A stretch of DNA of 64,000 nt, taken from positions 2,590 to 66,589 of IMG/VR virus record IMGVR_UViG_2871727361_000001; one strand, written 5' to 3'. Below are positions 26,380-37,245 of this stretch, piece after piece. Under the pieces are notes generated by a model that saw nothing but the letters and a program-made list of their open reading frames with translations, ran no database searches and was not told the origin of the DNA. The stretch is from a virus. Numbering within the stretch: the first letter of the stretch is position 1; each line of letters begins with the position of its first letter. A program made the translations under genes and the position numbers.

Positions 26380-26730
26380 ATGGCGATCGACTACACCCGC
26401 ATGCGCGCCACCGCCAAACGACTGCTGACCGATAACGGCATGCAGTACGCTGTGACCCGCAAAGGCAGCATCAAAGTGGTGGCGGGGAAAGAGGTGCGCG
26501 AGCCGGATCTGAATTTCACCGCCATCGGCGTACGTACCGAATACGACCCGCGCGAAATCGACGGCAGCAACATTCAGGCCGGCGACGTGGCCATCCTCTT
26601 CACCTGGGATGAGGAGTTGAGGATTGGTGATCTGGTTGAGGTGGACAGTAAGCCTCACCGTATCGTGCATCCCCATCCGGTGAAGCCCGGCCCTATAGTA
26701 ATCTGCTACCAGGCACAGCTGAGGGCGTGA
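26380..26730 (+). CDS. Head closure protein
   Basis: Position; start ATG 26380. Confidence 0.7.
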   Translation: MAIDYTRMRATAKRLLTDNGMQYAVTRKGSIKVVAGKEVREPDLNFTAIGVRTEYDPREIDGSNIQAGDVAILFTWDEELRIGDLVEVDSKPHRIVHPHPVKPGPIVICYQAQLRA

Positions 26731-26731
26731 T

Positions 26732-27316
26732 ATGTCAGATAACAAGTCGTTTATGGCGTCGGTCAGCGCCTTTGTCAGCCAAGCAAAGGCGCGGCAGGAG
26801 GGGGTGGTGCGCGCGGTATCGATCAAAATTCTGGCGCGACTGGTGCAGATGTCGCCGGTGGGCAACCCGGAGTTATGGGAAGTCAACCAGACGGCGATCG
26901 CCTACAACTCGGCGGTGGCCGAGCATAACAGCCTGCTGCGCCAGAGCCCGGGCAACCTAACCAAAGCCGGGCGGCTGCGCCGGGGAATAAAAGTTAACGA
27001 CAGCATGGGCCTTAAAGCGCCACCGGGCTATACCGGCGGCCGCTTTCGTGGCAACTGGCAGGTGTCGTTCAACCAGTCGGCGGAGGGTGAAACCGGGCAC
27101 GTTGATAAGCAGGGCAGCCAGACCATCGCCGCCGGTAAATTGGTGATCGAGCAGTTTAAAGTGGGGATGACGGCGGTCTATTTCGCCAACAACGTGCCCT
27201 ACGCCTACCCGCTGGAGTTTGGCCATTCGAAGCAGGCCCCCGGCGGCATGGTGCGGATCACCGCCGCTGAGTTTCAGCGGTTCTTTGATGAAGCGGTGCA
27301 GGAGGTGCAATTGTGA
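26732..27316 (+). CDS. HK97 gp10-like neck protein
   Basis: SPVG, TGGRFRGNWQ, NNVPYA..LEFGHS.QAP.GMVR. Confidence 0.8.
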   Translation: MSDNKSFMASVSAFVSQAKARQEGVVRAVSIKILARLVQMSPVGNPELWEVNQTAIAYNSAVAEHNSLLRQSPGNLTKAGRLRRGIKVNDSMGLKAPPGYTGGRFRGNWQVSFNQSAEGETGHVDKQGSQTIAAGKLVIEQFKVGMTAVYFANNVPYAYPLEFGHSKQAPGGMVRITAAEFQRFFDEAVQEVQL

Positions 27317-27723
27317 GCCGCCCCGATATCATCGGCTTGCTGGAGGCGCGGCTGGGAGAGTGGGCCGATGCACAGGGGCTACCAGTGGCTTACGACAATA
27401 TTGCTTTTGATCCGCCCAGAGGTATTTACCTGACTTCTCACGATATGCCAGCGTCGCCGTATGCCATCGACCTCAGCCAACGCTGTAAGGTTTTTATGGG
27501 AGTTTATCAGATAAATGTGGTGATCCCTGCAGCACAGGGGCGCGCAGAGGGCCGGGCCATCGCTGCGCAGATTGAGGCGCTTTTTGCCAACGGCACTGAG
27601 GTGCAGGGAGAGGGGTTTATCTGCTACGTCAGCGGCGAACCCGCACAGTATGCCGGCATCTCAACCGATAACGCTTGGACTATCCCTGTCAGCATCAACT
27701 ACCGGGCTGATATCTCAGCTTGA
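27313..27723 (+). CDS. Tail terminator protein
   Basis: VAYDNIAF, GVYQINV, W.IPVSINY. Confidence 0.75.
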   Translation: MSRPDIIGLLEARLGEWADAQGLPVAYDNIAFDPPRGIYLTSHDMPASPYAIDLSQRCKVFMGVYQINVVIPAAQGRAEGRAIAAQIEALFANGTEVQGEGFICYVSGEPAQYAGISTDNAWTIPVSINYRADISA

Positions 27724-27771
27724 ACAACCTTCCGGCTCAGCCGGTTTCATATTTCTTCATGGAGAATCCCT

Positions 27772-28449
27772 ATGGGCTTCGCATTACCTAATGGTGCCAC
27801 AATTTTCGTCGGCTCCAAACTTGCCACGCCTGTGGCGGTTACGTCTGTGAGCAATGCTTCAGGCGCTGTCTTTACCGTTGCAAGTGGTCACGGCCTTGCG
27901 GTCGGCGATGTAGTCTTGGTCTCGAGTGGTTGGACGTTGGTTGATAGTCTGGTGGCGCGCGTAACAGCACAGACGACCACAAGCGTGACGATCGGAGTAA
28001 TAAACAGCACCGATACCAACTTTTTCCCTGTGGGAACCGGTGCCGGCTCCCTTACCAAAGTCGTCGAGTGGACTGAAATTCCGCAAATTACAGAGGTTGC
28101 TCAGTCGGGCGGCGATCAGCAGTACACGCAGATTCAGTTTCTTTCAGATGACCGACAGCGAAATCTTGCGACTTATAAGGCGGCCAAGTCGCAGACTATT
28201 ACGATGGCGCACGACTCTTCGCTTCCTATATACAGCGTATTGTCAGCTGCCGATCGCTACGGTGATACGTTGCCGATGCGCATGTATGTGCCAAAAGCGA
28301 AGGAAACCCGTTACTGGTCAGGTAAGCCATCCTTCGATCCGCAGCCAACCACGGCGCCGAATGCTGTTGAGACGGTGCAACCCTCGTTTGCCATCCAGTC
28401 CCGTGACATGACGTTTTACAAAGACGTTACCCCGCAGAGCGCCGCGTAA
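27772..28449 (+). CDS. Major tail tube protein
   Basis: MGFALPNGAT, WTEIPQI, SGGDQQY. Confidence 0.85.
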   Translation: MGFALPNGATIFVGSKLATPVAVTSVSNASGAVFTVASGHGLAVGDVVLVSSGWTLVDSLVARVTAQTTTSVTIGVINSTDTNFFPVGTGAGSLTKVVEWTEIPQITEVAQSGGDQQYTQIQFLSDDRQRNLATYKAAKSQTITMAHDSSLPIYSVLSAADRYGDTLPMRMYVPKAKETRYWSGKPSFDPQPTTAPNAVETVQPSFAIQSRDMTFYKDVTPQSAA

Positions 28450-28501
28450 TTCAACCTTTAACGGGCCCGCTTGCCGGGCCTGATTTATATCTGAGGAAAA
28501 C

Positions 28502-28813
28502 ATGGCAAAAACTTTCCAGCTCCAGCCTAAACCGACCTTTAAGGTTAACGTTGCAATCCCTCGCGCCGGAGATGAGGATGGCGTCATCACCTTCACCTTT
28601 CTTCACAAGCCACTGAAAGAGCTGGCGGCTATTGAATCAATGGAGGGCAAAAATGCCGTCGAATTCCTGATGGAAATCATCGAAGCCTGGGCGCTGCCGG
28701 ATGTATTCGGTCGGGAAAACCTTGAGACGCTGCTGGACAACTATCCGCGCGCGCTGGAAGCGATCACTCGACACTACTACAACGAGCTGATGGGAAATCG
28801 TCAAAAAAACTGA
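28502..28813 (+). CDS. Tail assembly chaperone (G-like)
   Basis: 103 aa ending at slippery A-AAA-AAC (28804-28810). Confidence 0.85.
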   Translation: MAKTFQLQPKPTFKVNVAIPRAGDEDGVITFTFLHKPLKELAAIESMEGKNAVEFLMEIIEAWALPDVFGRENLETLLDNYPRALEAITRHYYNELMGNRQKN

Positions 28814-29124
28814 TCGCGGTTGCCTCAGCATTCTATACGCCAGAACCCTCATCAGAGGAGCTCTCCGCTTTCGGCCTGAGTGCCGATGATTACACCGAAG
28901 AAGAGCAAATCGTTGGAGTTTGGCCCGACTGCTGGGCCGCATTCGGAGTGTTTCGCGCCATGGCTACGCAGTGGCGAACCGGAGTGGGGGGGGTTACCGG
29001 GTTGGACTACAACGTACTGCCTTGGCTGATGAAAGTAAGCGGCGTGGAAGATGAGGCGGCCGTTCTTGACGATATTCGGATCATGGAGCGCGCAGCGCTG
29101 GATATGATTCATAAGGGGGCTTGA
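28807..29124 (+). CDS. -1 frameshift extension of tail chaperone (GT-like, DUF1799-like)
   Basis: -1 frame open from slippery site: [36 protein letters not shown]; TGA overlaps TMP ATG. Confidence 0.85.
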   Translation, partial: KLIAVASAFYTPEPSSEELSAFGLSADDYTEEEQIVGVWPDCWAAFGVFRAMATQWRTGVGGVTGLDYNVLPWLMKVSGVEDEAAVLDDIRIMERAALDMIHKGA

Positions 29125-32100
29125 TGTCCGATATTGCAACAATCTCTCTGCGCGTCAACACCTCCGAGCTGGAGCGCGGTAGCAAAGCGCTGGATGATTT
29201 CGAAGGTGCCGCGGCGGGAGCAGCCAAAGGCGCGGATAACTTTGGCAGTATCAACAAAGGGGCTGCCAAAGTTACGGCAGAGACAGCCCGAGAAATAGAG
29301 ATGCTGCATCAGCGCGTTCGTCAGTTCAGCGAGTCGCAGCGCCAAAATCAGACGGCTTCTCAGGCAGCTACTCAAGCCAGTGCGCACCAAAAACAGGAGC
29401 TCCAGAATCTGCTTAACCGCATCAGCCCGGTCAACCGCGCGCTGAACGAGCTTGAAGGCCTGCAAAAAAGCCTGTCCGGCTACCGCGGCAAGGGTATGGT
29501 CGATGATGATGACTACTCCCGTTATAACGCCGTGCTGGAAACCACGCGGCAAAAGCTGTTTCAAGTTATGGAGGCGGAAACGGCCGAAGGACGGGCGCGT
29601 CTGGAACAGGCGCAGGCTGCACAGCGCGCCGTGGCCACTGGGCAGTCGTTTATTGCCAGCCTGCAGGAACAAGCAAACGCCATTGATAAAACACGGTCCG
29701 AACTGTTGGAGATGAAAGCCGCGCAACTGGGCGTTGCCACTCAGGCAGCCCCGATGATTGCGCGGCTGCGCGATCAGGAAAACGCCTGGAAGCGCGGTGA
29801 GATATCAGCGGGGCAGTACCGACAGGCTATGCGCATGCTGCCAGCGCAGTTTACTGATATTGCGACTTCTATCGCTGGTGGTATGCCCATCTGGATGATA
29901 GCCATTCAGCAGGGCGGCCAGATCAAAGACTCATTCGGCGGCGTTGGCAATTCGCTCAAGGCGCTGTCCAGTCTGATTACTCCCGTCAGGCTGGCGATGG
30001 GTGGGCTGGTAACGGCCGGCGCGCTGGTGGCATACAATTTCTACAGCGCTGCAGAGCGCTCCGAAGAGCTACGAAAGTCTCTGGCGCTGACCAACAGCTA
30101 TTCCGGCCTGACGGCTACATCTCTGCAGAATACGGTATCAGCGGCTAGCGCGGCAGGTATTTCGTATTCCAGTGCCTCTGATGCACTGAACAGTCTGGTG
30201 AAAGCTGGCGTGCCGGCCGGTGCCAACTTCGAAATGCTCACAGTTTCTGCTGCGAAGTTTTCGAAAGAGTCAGGTATAGCGCTTGATGACCTGGCCAAAG
30301 ACTTTGCTGCGCTAGCAAACGACCCTTCTAAAGGCATTCTCGCGCTTAATGATAAATATCACTTCCTGACGGCGGTTCAGTACGAGCATATTGCGGCGTT
30401 ACAGGAAGAGGGTCGCTATACCGAAGCTCTGGCTGCTGCCAACCAGGCCGCGGCAGACGGTATGAATAACGCCGCTAAAAACATGAAGGAGTCGCTGGGG
30501 ACGATTTCCCGCATCATGCGCGGCCTGACCGACATGGCAAAAGGGATGTGGGATGCAATCGAGGGAATTGGTCGCGCACCGACGCAAAACGAAGCGCTAA
30601 AGACACTTACCAACCGCCGGGACAGTATTCAGGCGCAGATCAGCAATTCCGAAGCGACTGGCTACAACCGCTCGAATGGTCGGCTGGATGAATGGCGCAA
30701 AGAATTGGGTGTACTGAACGCTCAGATTAACGCTTTTACTCTCCAGGGTGATGTCCAGATGGCGAAGGAGAAAGCGGCCAGTGATGCGCGTGCACAGCAC
30801 AATCAGAACCTGAAAGACGCCATTTCTTTACAGCAGGGGTTAAACCAGGGCCTGACAAATGCGGAGAAGCGGACAAAGGCTATAGCAGACCTGGACCGCC
30901 AGCGCATCAGGATGAACCAGGCGGCGGCTTCAGATCCAAAAAGCAATGTCGGAATGTCCGATGCGGAATACCAAAAGCGCGTTGCGAACATCAACAACCA
31001 GTTCAAGGATTCGAAGACGCCAAAGGCGCGTGCTTACACCACATCAGCTGGCAGCCGGGCGGAGTATACTGGTCAAAGTGAACTGCTGGCGCTGCAGGCG
31101 CAATTCAAGGTCTTGCAACAGCACAGTGGCATTAATGATGTGATTAGCCAGCAGCGTAAAGACCTCTGGAAAGCGGAATCACAATTCACTGTGTTAGAGG
31201 AGGCTGCGCGTACTCGGCAGCTTTCAAAGCAGGAGCAATCCCTGCTCGCCAGTAAAGACCAGGTACTGCAGTTAGCACGTCAGAAAGCTCTATTGGGCGA
31301 CCAGATCACCGCTCAGGAGCAACTTAACAAGCGTATGGATGCATCGCAGAAGTACGCCACGCAGATGGCTGAGAAAACCAAAGCGATGATTGCTGGCTCA
31401 ACGCTGAGCAATCGCGAAGCTCAGCGGCAACTGGAACGAGCGCAGCTCGCTTCCGGCTGGAAAAACGCCGGAGGCGACCTGAAAGATGCTGGCTTTCAGG
31501 CACAGTTGAAAGCAGCAGAGGATTATTATTCTGCGCAGGACGCGCTACGCGAGGACTGGTTGTCTGGAGCTAAGAAAGGCTGGGCCGACTTTGCCGACAG
31601 CGCCACGGACGCTTTCAGCTCCGCTCAGCAGGTAGCGCAGGCAGGATTCAACGGGTTAGCCGATATGATGACAACCCTGGTAACTACCGGTAAGGCAAAT
31701 ATCAAAGAGTTTGGCTCGTCCATGCTGAAGATGATCGTCGAAGTCATCAACAAGCTACTCATCGCCCAGGCCGTTCAGGCCGCAATGGGCTGGATTAGCG
31801 CTGGAGCCTCAGCGTCCACAGCTTCAACGGCTTCACTTAGCTCTAATGGAGCGATGGGGGTGTCGACAGACTTTCATGCCTACACGCCGCAGTTTGATGG
31901 TGGTGGCTACACCGGACCTGGTAATAAGTACGAGCCCGCTGGCGTGGTTCACAAAGGTGAGTTTGTATTCACAAAAGAGGCTACTGAGCGGATCGGAGTG
32001 TCAAATCTATACGGCATGATGAGTGGCTACGCCGATGGCGGGCTGGTCGGGCGAGCACCTATGCACGGACTGGGTAATAACGCTGGTACAGTCACCCCGG

Positions 32101-32282
32101 CACCAGTGATACAAACAACCGTACATGTTGATGCCAGCGGTAATTCGTCGGTGCAATCGGTGGGCGGCGGGGATGCAATGGGCAGGGCGTTGGCGGCCGA
32201 GATGCAGAAAGCCGCTATTCAGGTAGTGCAAAAACAACTGAAGGACGGTGGAATGATTTACAAATTTGTTAAAGGCCGCTAA
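29124..32282 (+). CDS. Tape measure protein (helper)
   Basis: About 1053 aa Ala/Gln-rich; QQGGQIKD, C-terminal [19 protein letters not shown]. Confidence 0.95.
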   Translation: MSDIATISLRVNTSELERGSKALDDFEGAAAGAAKGADNFGSINKGAAKVTAETAREIEMLHQRVRQFSESQRQNQTASQAATQASAHQKQELQNLLNRISPVNRALNELEGLQKSLSGYRGKGMVDDDDYSRYNAVLETTRQKLFQVMEAETAEGRARLEQAQAAQRAVATGQSFIASLQEQANAIDKTRSELLEMKAAQLGVATQAAPMIARLRDQENAWKRGEISAGQYRQAMRMLPAQFTDIATSIAGGMPIWMIAIQQGGQIKDSFGGVGNSLKALSSLITPVRLAMGGLVTAGALVAYNFYSAAERSEELRKSLALTNSYSGLTATSLQNTVSAASAAGISYSSASDALNSLVKAGVPAGANFEMLTVSAAKFSKESGIALDDLAKDFAALANDPSKGILALNDKYHFLTAVQYEHIAALQEEGRYTEALAAANQAAADGMNNAAKNMKESLGTISRIMRGLTDMAKGMWDAIEGIGRAPTQNEALKTLTNRRDSIQAQISNSEATGYNRSNGRLDEWRKELGVLNAQINAFTLQGDVQMAKEKAASDARAQHNQNLKDAISLQQGLNQGLTNAEKRTKAIADLDRQRIRMNQAAASDPKSNVGMSDAEYQKRVANINNQFKDSKTPKARAYTTSAGSRAEYTGQSELLALQAQFKVLQQHSGINDVISQQRKDLWKAESQFTVLEEAARTRQLSKQEQSLLASKDQVLQLARQKALLGDQITAQEQLNKRMDASQKYATQMAEKTKAMIAGSTLSNREAQRQLERAQLASGWKNAGGDLKDAGFQAQLKAAEDYYSAQDALREDWLSGAKKGWADFADSATDAFSSAQQVAQAGFNGLADMMTTLVTTGKANIKEFGSSMLKMIVEVINKLLIAQAVQAAMGWISAGASASTASTASLSSNGAMGVSTDFHAYTPQFDGGGYTGPGNKYEPAGVVHKGEFVFTKEATERIGVSNLYGMMSGYADGGLVGRAPMHGLGNNAGTVTPAPVIQTTVHVDASGNSSVQSVGGGDAMGRALAAEMQKAAIQVVQKQLKDGGMIYKFVKGR

Positions 32283-32738
32283 TGCCATCCGGTAGCCTCG
32301 CTAGAGGCTACCGCACTCACCGACTGGGAATCCAGATCTGAAGGGCTCCACGAAAGAAGAGGCGACGCGGTGGCTGATGACTATATGGCGAGGAAAGCCA
32401 AAAGGATGGGAAGCAAAAAAATGGCGGCGGAGTATAACTCTTGACTAGGGTGAAAAACATCCAAGCTCTTCTTTGCCTTTTTGCAAAAAGTGCTATTCAT
32501 TACGCTGAAGTAATGTACAGGTGTTCAGTATTGCAGCCCGATCTTGACGACATCGTCACTTACCAGATTGGTAAATGGTTGTTAAAATCGCATAACGTGC
32601 AAACGAGTGTTTTCAAACGTCGCCGAACTTGCTACGATCTTGTAGGGTTTAAGATTGCTCATTTATGAGTAAAGGTATTAGACTTCACTCCGATAACACA
32701 AGTTATCAGGAATTCCATGAAGTTTAGTCGAGGTTGTA

Positions 32739-33281
32739 ATGAATCCCTTTAATGCCATTACATTTGCTGCGTTGTGTGGGCCATTGGCTCAACCTGCTGC
32801 CATGGCTCAGGATTTTATAGCGCAACCAGCACCCATAATGGCTAAATCATCTAAAGGTGCCCCATCTATTGATGACTATGCTCGCAGCATAGAAGAGGGT
32901 AAAAAAGCCTTAAGCAAGCTGACTAATGCAATGGATGATTACTACATTCGGCTTGTAGAGATGGACTCGCAATCTGCTAAATTTTACGTTTTGGAAAATG
33001 GTCTAGAAACCACCGAAGCGTGTGAAATGTTCTTAAGGGCCTTTGAAGAGGACATTAAGAAAACTATCGCAACTGAAGAACTTCCTGATTTCGTAGCCAC
33101 AGAGTTGAGAGCCTATTGGCGCCATATTGCAAAAGCTCGATCTTCAGCTACTCGACTTAACAGCTTCTCAAAAGGTTTGATGCGCAATGCTGTGGAGTTT
33201 GAATCTGAAACCGATTTAGTGGCTGTGAAAGAACTGGCATCATTAACAACAGCCAAAATGAATACTCTGAAATTTCATTAA
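32739..33281 (+). CDS. Helical protein, candidate antitoxin for YafO-like toxin
   Basis: 180 aa, 11 nt upstream of toxin; IR GATAAC-ACAA-GTTATC at 32692-32707. Confidence 0.6.
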   Translation: MNPFNAITFAALCGPLAQPAAMAQDFIAQPAPIMAKSSKGAPSIDDYARSIEEGKKALSKLTNAMDDYYIRLVEMDSQSAKFYVLENGLETTEACEMFLRAFEEDIKKTIATEELPDFVATELRAYWRHIAKARSSATRLNSFSKGLMRNAVEFESETDLVAVKELASLTTAKMNTLKFH

Positions 33282-33292
33282 GGCTAGGTTAA

Positions 33293-33730
33293 GTGGAGCA
33301 TATTGAGGTTTCGATAAACTACCACACCAAAGAAAGCTTCTTCTCAGAGGCTTTCTTGCGCTTTCCGGAATTAGAGTCATCCATTCTTCAAGACTTTAAA
33401 CGATATAAAGCCACAAATGATTTGCCTAGTTATTTTGGCAGAGACGTAGCTTACACTCAGCCCCATAGTGCGTTCCGGTCTGGACTTATGCACATTCATT
33501 TATGCCTTCCCCCAAAAACGTTCCCAAAAAATCGGCCTCAAAACGACAGGGTATGTAAACGCGATGACCCTGATAACGATGCATGTTTGGTATATGTACA
33601 GGGAGAACTCTATGAAAACAGATATTCGCTGATTGCCATAATGCATCCAGATGCCCATGAAAAGGCCCGTAAGCATGAAATCATGAGTTACTTATCTCGC
33701 GTCGCCCAAGACTTCAGAGACAACAACTAG
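33293..33730 (+). CDS. yafO: YafO-family mRNA interferase toxin
   Basis: DFKRYK..LPSYFGRD, HIHL, LVYVQG, LIAIMHP.AH..AR match E. coli YafO pattern. Confidence 0.85.
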   Translation: MEHIEVSINYHTKESFFSEAFLRFPELESSILQDFKRYKATNDLPSYFGRDVAYTQPHSAFRSGLMHIHLCLPPKTFPKNRPQNDRVCKRDDPDNDACLVYVQGELYENRYSLIAIMHPDAHEKARKHEIMSYLSRVAQDFRDNN

Positions 33731-33838
33731 CATCAAATCCTAGTTGCCTTTTGTTAGGCGACTGCTTACCTTTCTTGCTTCCAATTGCATCAGATCCGCT
33801 TTAGTATTATCGCCATACTTACTTAGGGGGAGAGGGAT

Positions 33839-34177
33839 ATGAAGAAACTGATTTTTGGTGCAATGGCGATAGTTTCGGTTACTGCAGCGGCTAGCAAGCC
33901 GCCTTACAATCTGCACGTGCCGTCAGATCCTAATGCGACTTTTACCGTGCTGGAGATTGGAAACAAAGGAAATCTCGCCACTATAATCACCAAGCGAGAT
34001 GGAAAGTCCGGTACAACTTATTCGCAGCGCGCCTACGATTGCAGCGCAAGGAAGGTTATGTATTTAGGTTCTGGCGAGACATTAGGTGAAATTCGCTCAT
34101 CTAAACCAGACGATCATCTTTCACCAATAGCTGATGGCTCAATTGCAGACTATGTCGGAAATGAGGCCTGCAATTAG
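33839..34177 (+). CDS. Exported moron protein
   Basis: Signal peptide MKKLIFGAMAIVSVTAAA, two Cys, own terminator. Confidence 0.75.
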   Translation: MKKLIFGAMAIVSVTAAASKPPYNLHVPSDPNATFTVLEIGNKGNLATIITKRDGKSGTTYSQRAYDCSARKVMYLGSGETLGEIRSSKPDDHLSPIADGSIADYVGNEACN

Positions 34178-34195
34178 AATCAACCCATTAATATA

Positions 34196-34275
34196 TTAAC
34201 CCGCTTCGGCGGGTTTTTGCTTTCTGATATCTGTCACACCCGCTTCGGCGGTTTTTTATGGGAGACATATGGCAA
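34196..34275 (+). repeat. 80-bp perfect direct repeat, copy 1
   Basis: Identical to 39774-39853; two CCGC-TTCG-GCGG hairpins with T runs, RBS and ATGGCAA. Confidence 0.95.
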
Positions 34276-34619
34276 TCGAAACTTATAAATGGCCTATACA
34301 GCTAAGCAGTGGGCCCATTGAGTACGCTCAGGCAATCCGAACAGCTCGGTTTGGCGACGGGTATGAGCAGGCAGCTGATAACGGCATTAACTCCACGGCT
34401 ATACAGGTCCCGATGGTATATGTCGGCAAGGAGGCTGAGGTTAACGAGATTCGTGCTTTTCTCCTGGCCCATACTGTAAAAGCTTTCATCATTACCCCGC
34501 CGGGAGAAGAAAAGGGGCTTTATCGCGTTGTGGCTGATTCGGTGCGAAAAGGCATGATTAATAGCAACGCAGCGGAACTGACGTTCACTATCAAGCGGGC
34601 TTACGGAGTGTACGCATAA
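34269..34619 (+). CDS. Minor tail protein M-like
   Basis: ARFGDGYEQ..NGIN, FL..H..KAF. Confidence 0.88.
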   Translation: MAIETYKWPIQLSSGPIEYAQAIRTARFGDGYEQAADNGINSTAIQVPMVYVGKEAEVNEIRAFLLAHTVKAFIITPPGEEKGLYRVVADSVRKGMINSNAAELTFTIKRAYGVYA

Positions 34620-35389
34620 TGGCATTAGTCGATCAGGCGGCGATGCTGGCGCCGGGTGGCAGGGTCCGCTTGGTTGAAGTTGACGCTTCAGAGTTCAGTG
34701 GAGGGATCCACCGATTCCACTACGCACCTTTTCCCCATACGCCGGAAGAAATCGATGCTGCCAATGGAGATGAAGAAAGGCTTGGACCCAAGCCAATCGT
34801 CTTCGGTGGCAATACCTACGATTTTTGGCCGTTTCAGGTAGCAAGCCTGGAACTTTCAACAGACCAGGCGGCGGAGCCTACTCTCAGTGTCTCAAATCTT
34901 GACGGCCATATCACTGCACTATGCCTACAATTTAAGGACATGGTTAACGCAAAAGTGAGCATTATCGACACCTATGCTGTTTATCTCGATGCCGTAAATT
35001 ACCCTGGTGGCTTGAACCCTACAGCTGATTCGTCAATGTTCACACTACAGACCTTCTGGCTTGATACCAAAACTTCCGAAGACGACGAGATGATCACTTG
35101 GGCACTCAGCAGCCCGGCCGACTTGCAGAATCTTGTGATCCCCACCCGACAAATCACATCGCTTTGTGAATGGGCGCTGCGCGGCCAGTATCGTAGCGGA
35201 GATGGGTGCACCTATAACGGCATTGTATATTTCGACGCGAAAGGGAATCCGGTATCAGATCCTGCTCTTGATGTGTGTGGCGGATGTTTTAGTGACTGCC
35301 GTAAACGGTTTGGCGCTGGCCTGGCTGATCCTGACGCGGCAATCCTTGATTTTGGAGGCTTCCCGGCAACTGTTCTCTTCACCCGATAA
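34619..35389 (+). CDS. Minor tail protein L-like
   Basis: CEWALRGQYRSGDGC.Y, DVCGG..SDCRKRF, FGGFP. Confidence 0.9.
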   Translation: MALVDQAAMLAPGGRVRLVEVDASEFSGGIHRFHYAPFPHTPEEIDAANGDEERLGPKPIVFGGNTYDFWPFQVASLELSTDQAAEPTLSVSNLDGHITALCLQFKDMVNAKVSIIDTYAVYLDAVNYPGGLNPTADSSMFTLQTFWLDTKTSEDDEMITWALSSPADLQNLVIPTRQITSLCEWALRGQYRSGDGCTYNGIVYFDAKGNPVSDPALDVCGGCFSDCRKRFGAGLADPDAAILDFGGFPATVLFTR

Positions 35390-35401
35390 ACGGACGCATC
35401 A

Positions 35402-36133
35402 ATGAATAAAACCATAATGGCAGCTATCCGGGCGCATGCACTGGAGGAATCTCCACGCGAGTGCTGTGGCTTCGTTATTCAGTCTGGTCGCCGCCAGCGA
35501 TATATTCCCGTACCGAACATCCACGAAAATCCGACAGAACATTTTCGCATAGACGGAGAGTATTGGGCTAACGCCGAAGATATCGGAACGATTATTCGAG
35601 TCATCCACTCCCACCCAGGCGACGGGGCCCGGCCCATTCCGTCGGGTCTTGATCGCCAGCAGTGCAATAATTCCGGCGTTGTGTGGGGTATCTATGCGCC
35701 CGACTGCGACGAGTACGCAGAGATAGCGCCAGAAGTGATACCACTGATCGGACGTCCGTTTATTCTGGGTTCGCATGACTGTTGGGGGCTGATTATGGAC
35801 TGGCACGCCACGCAGGGTATCGTGCTGAACGATTTCCGTGTGGATTATCCGTGGTGGGAGAGCCAGTATACGGACAACCTCTACTTTGACAATTGGGAGA
35901 AAGAGGGGTTTGTCGAGTGTGACCCTGCTCCTGGCTGCATGGTCATCATGCAGGTGCAATCAAATAAATGGAACCACGCGGGCATCATCACCGAGGAAGG
36001 TGAGCTACTCCATCACCTTTACGGGCAGCCTTCCTGCATTACTCCGTATGCCCGAGGTTATTTCAAAGAACGCACGATGATCTGCGTTCGTCACAAACAC
36101 CTGCCACAGGAGATTAAACCATGGCTCGCTTAA
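35402..36133 (+). CDS. Tail assembly protein K-like (JAB + NlpC/P60)
   Basis: ECCG, IHSHP, HDCWGL, NHAGI, LLHH. Confidence 0.92.
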   Translation: MNKTIMAAIRAHALEESPRECCGFVIQSGRRQRYIPVPNIHENPTEHFRIDGEYWANAEDIGTIIRVIHSHPGDGARPIPSGLDRQQCNNSGVVWGIYAPDCDEYAEIAPEVIPLIGRPFILGSHDCWGLIMDWHATQGIVLNDFRVDYPWWESQYTDNLYFDNWEKEGFVECDPAPGCMVIMQVQSNKWNHAGIITEEGELLHHLYGQPSCITPYARGYFKERTMICVRHKHLPQEIKPWLA

Positions 36134-36714
36134 CCACTATTCGCCTGTATGGCGCACTTGGTGCCCGATTCGGGCGTGTTCACAAGATGGCAGTGCAGAC
36201 ATCAGCAGAAGCGGTTAAGGCTCTGTGCGTCAACTTTGACGGGCTGGAAAGCTATCTCATGAACGCCAAGAAAAATGGCATGGTGTTCGCGGTATTCCGG
36301 GGAAAACGCAATATCGGCGTTGAGGATTTCAAAAGCCTAGGCGGTGAAAATGACATACGCATCGCGCCGGTGATGGAAGGGGCGAAGAAGGCTGGGGTGT
36401 TTCAGACCATACTTGGCGCAGTGATGGTGGTTGCCGGCATCCTTGTAACTGGGCTATCTTATGGCTGGGCCGCCCCTGCAGGTGGCGCTCTGATTTCAGG
36501 TGGCATTGGTACGATGGCAGGAGGTGTTTTCCAAATGCTTTCACCTCAACCGAAGGGCCTGCAGGGCCGCGACGATCCCGACAATAGACCCTCATATGCT
36601 TTCGGCGGCGCAGTCAACACTATTGCGATGGGGAATCCTGTGGCAGTCTTGTATGGGGAGCGTGAGATCGGTGGAGCTATCATAAGCGCGGGTATTGTGG
36701 CCGAGGATATCTGA
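36121..36714 (+). CDS. Tail assembly protein I-like
   Basis: IRLYGALG..FG, PSYAFGG.VNT...PV.VLYG. Confidence 0.92.
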   Translation: MARLTTIRLYGALGARFGRVHKMAVQTSAEAVKALCVNFDGLESYLMNAKKNGMVFAVFRGKRNIGVEDFKSLGGENDIRIAPVMEGAKKAGVFQTILGAVMVVAGILVTGLSYGWAAPAGGALISGGIGTMAGGVFQMLSPQPKGLQGRDDPDNRPSYAFGGAVNTIAMGNPVAVLYGEREIGGAIISAGIVAEDI

Positions 36715-36790
36715 ATTTTCTGCCTTATTCAAAACCCTGGCATTCGAGCTTCTCGATGATAAAATTTAAACTGCCTAAAGCTACGAGACT

Positions 36791-37219
36791 ATGAAAATGA
36801 AGAGAATATTTTTGTTGGTTACTTTTTTGGGGCTATCTGGGTGCGCTACTACTGCAGTTTTGCCCAGTGACGCGAAACCAGCGTCGCAAGAACGAGTTTT
36901 GATGTACCAAATCCAAAATGAAGAGGCTAATGCAAAGCTTATTGTTGTTCGTGATGAAGGTTACTTGGGTAGCGCTTGTTTTACAGGTGTTTATCTAAAC
37001 AACACTAGAGCTGCTGTATTAGATCCAGGCGAAAAAGCTACATTTTATCTTAAACCAGGTGAATGGAATGTAGCGGTAAAAGGTGAAGGGAAAATGTGCA
37101 TATCTGATACTGTTCCCAGCGGGCGCGATATCAACCTCCAAGCAAACCAGACTAAAGCTGTTAGACTATTTGCAGATCCTAGCGGTAATGTAGATGTTAA
37201 GCCATTGCCATTAAACTGA
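36791..37219 (+). CDS. Moron lipoprotein
   Basis: Lipobox LSGC, AT-rich, terminator 37224-37247. Confidence 0.8.
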   Translation: MKMKRIFLLVTFLGLSGCATTAVLPSDAKPASQERVLMYQIQNEEANAKLIVVRDEGYLGSACFTGVYLNNTRAAVLDPGEKATFYLKPGEWNVAVKGEGKMCISDTVPSGRDINLQANQTKAVRLFADPSGNVDVKPLPLN

Positions 37220-37245
37220 CGATAGCCCACTCAGGTGGGCATTTT

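Noticed and set aside
32505-32520. LexA box upstream of the TA pair
   Set aside because: CTG-N10-CAG present but left half (CTGAAGTA) is far from consensus
32283-32668. Coding gene after TMP
   Set aside because: Protein-like frame at about 32305-32448 has no start; the 75-aa track ORF lacks RBS and family features
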